Source: Isurus oxyrinchus
Taxonomy: Eukaryota
DNA: 64,000 nt
Assembly: GCA_026770705.1 (NCBI GenBank)
Contig: JANJGN010000075.1
Location: 1,426,001 to 1,490,000 of the forward strand
Direction of reading: 5' to 3'
The notes beneath the pieces were generated by a model, which ran no database searches, was not told the DNA's origin, and was given only the letters and a program-made list of their open reading frames with translations. How positions within the stretch are numbered: position 1 is the first letter of the stretch; each line of letters opens with the position of its first letter. A program made the translations under genes and the position numbers. Shown here one piece after another: positions 63,674 to 64,000 of the stretch.

Positions 63674-63714
63674 ACGCTGATCTTATCCTACAAACAAATC
63701 CGAAGGGAGAAGAT
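63674..63714 (+). CDS. Cytoplasmic exon 3 (YADLILQTNPKGED); completes the ITIM; gene continues beyond the window
   Basis: Acceptor ggttttatttag and donor gtaagt, phase 1-0. T+AC makes Tyr, giving LTYADL. No stop codon is reached. Confidence 0.8.
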
Positions 63715-63727
63715 GTAAGTTGCAATT

Positions 63728-64000
63728 GGTGCTGTGGGCGGTTGAGGAGTTGGGCGTTCTGTGGGCGGCGGAGGGGGGGGGGGGGTGTTGCTGTGGGCGG
63801 TTGAGAGGTTGGGGGTGCTGTGGGCGGTTGAGGGGTTGGGGGTGCTGTGGGCGGTTGAGGGGTTGGGGGTGCTGTGGGCGGTTGAGGGGTGGGTGGTTGC
63901 TGTGGGCGGCTGAGGGGGGAGCGGGTTGCTGTGGGCGGCTGAGGGGAGAGTGGATTGCTGTGGTCGGCTGAGGGTGGGGGGATGGCTGTGGGCGGTTGAG
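63728..64000. repeat. G-rich minisatellite, ~27-bp unit (gctgtgggcggttgaggggttgggggt)
   Basis: About 10 copies visible, running off the window end. Confidence 0.9.

Noticed and set aside
63720-63971. GCCGRLRGW-repeat ORF resembling a keratin-associated or Cys-rich protein
   Set aside because: It is the translation of an intronic 27-bp minisatellite directly after a splice donor.

Overview
Eukaryotic, vertebrate DNA, most likely from a shark or other elasmobranch. This is inferred from the repeats: CR1 and L2 LINE fragments, DeuSINE/SacSINE1-like SINEs, and Penelope-like elements with minimal hammerhead motifs. Almost none of the supplied ORFs are real genes. The main feature is one spliced + strand gene, reconstructed by hand from GT-AG sites and exon phases. 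It has a split leader (7594-7624 and 39108-39140), five intact Ig exons and five decayed Ig exons or fragments (41988-58051), an uncharged TM exon (59507-59599) and three cytoplasmic exons. Splicing of the last two builds a canonical ITIM, LTYADL, and the gene continues past the window end. It looks like a leukocyte-receptor-complex/FcR-like inhibitory receptor undergoing exon birth-and-death. Its inferred 31.5-kb first intron holds a three-fold higher-order duplication. Within that intron are 11 copies of a ~75-bp cassette (PU.1/IRF-like box, GATA-like box, GC box), with box spacing fixed at 38 bp in nine copies. Also present: four tRNA-Ala pseudogenes, a TSD-flanked Penelope foldback, a TSD-flanked tRNA-derived mini-SINE, a 1.1-kb inverted repeat and several tandem repeats. 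All calls are by eye, with no database searches.
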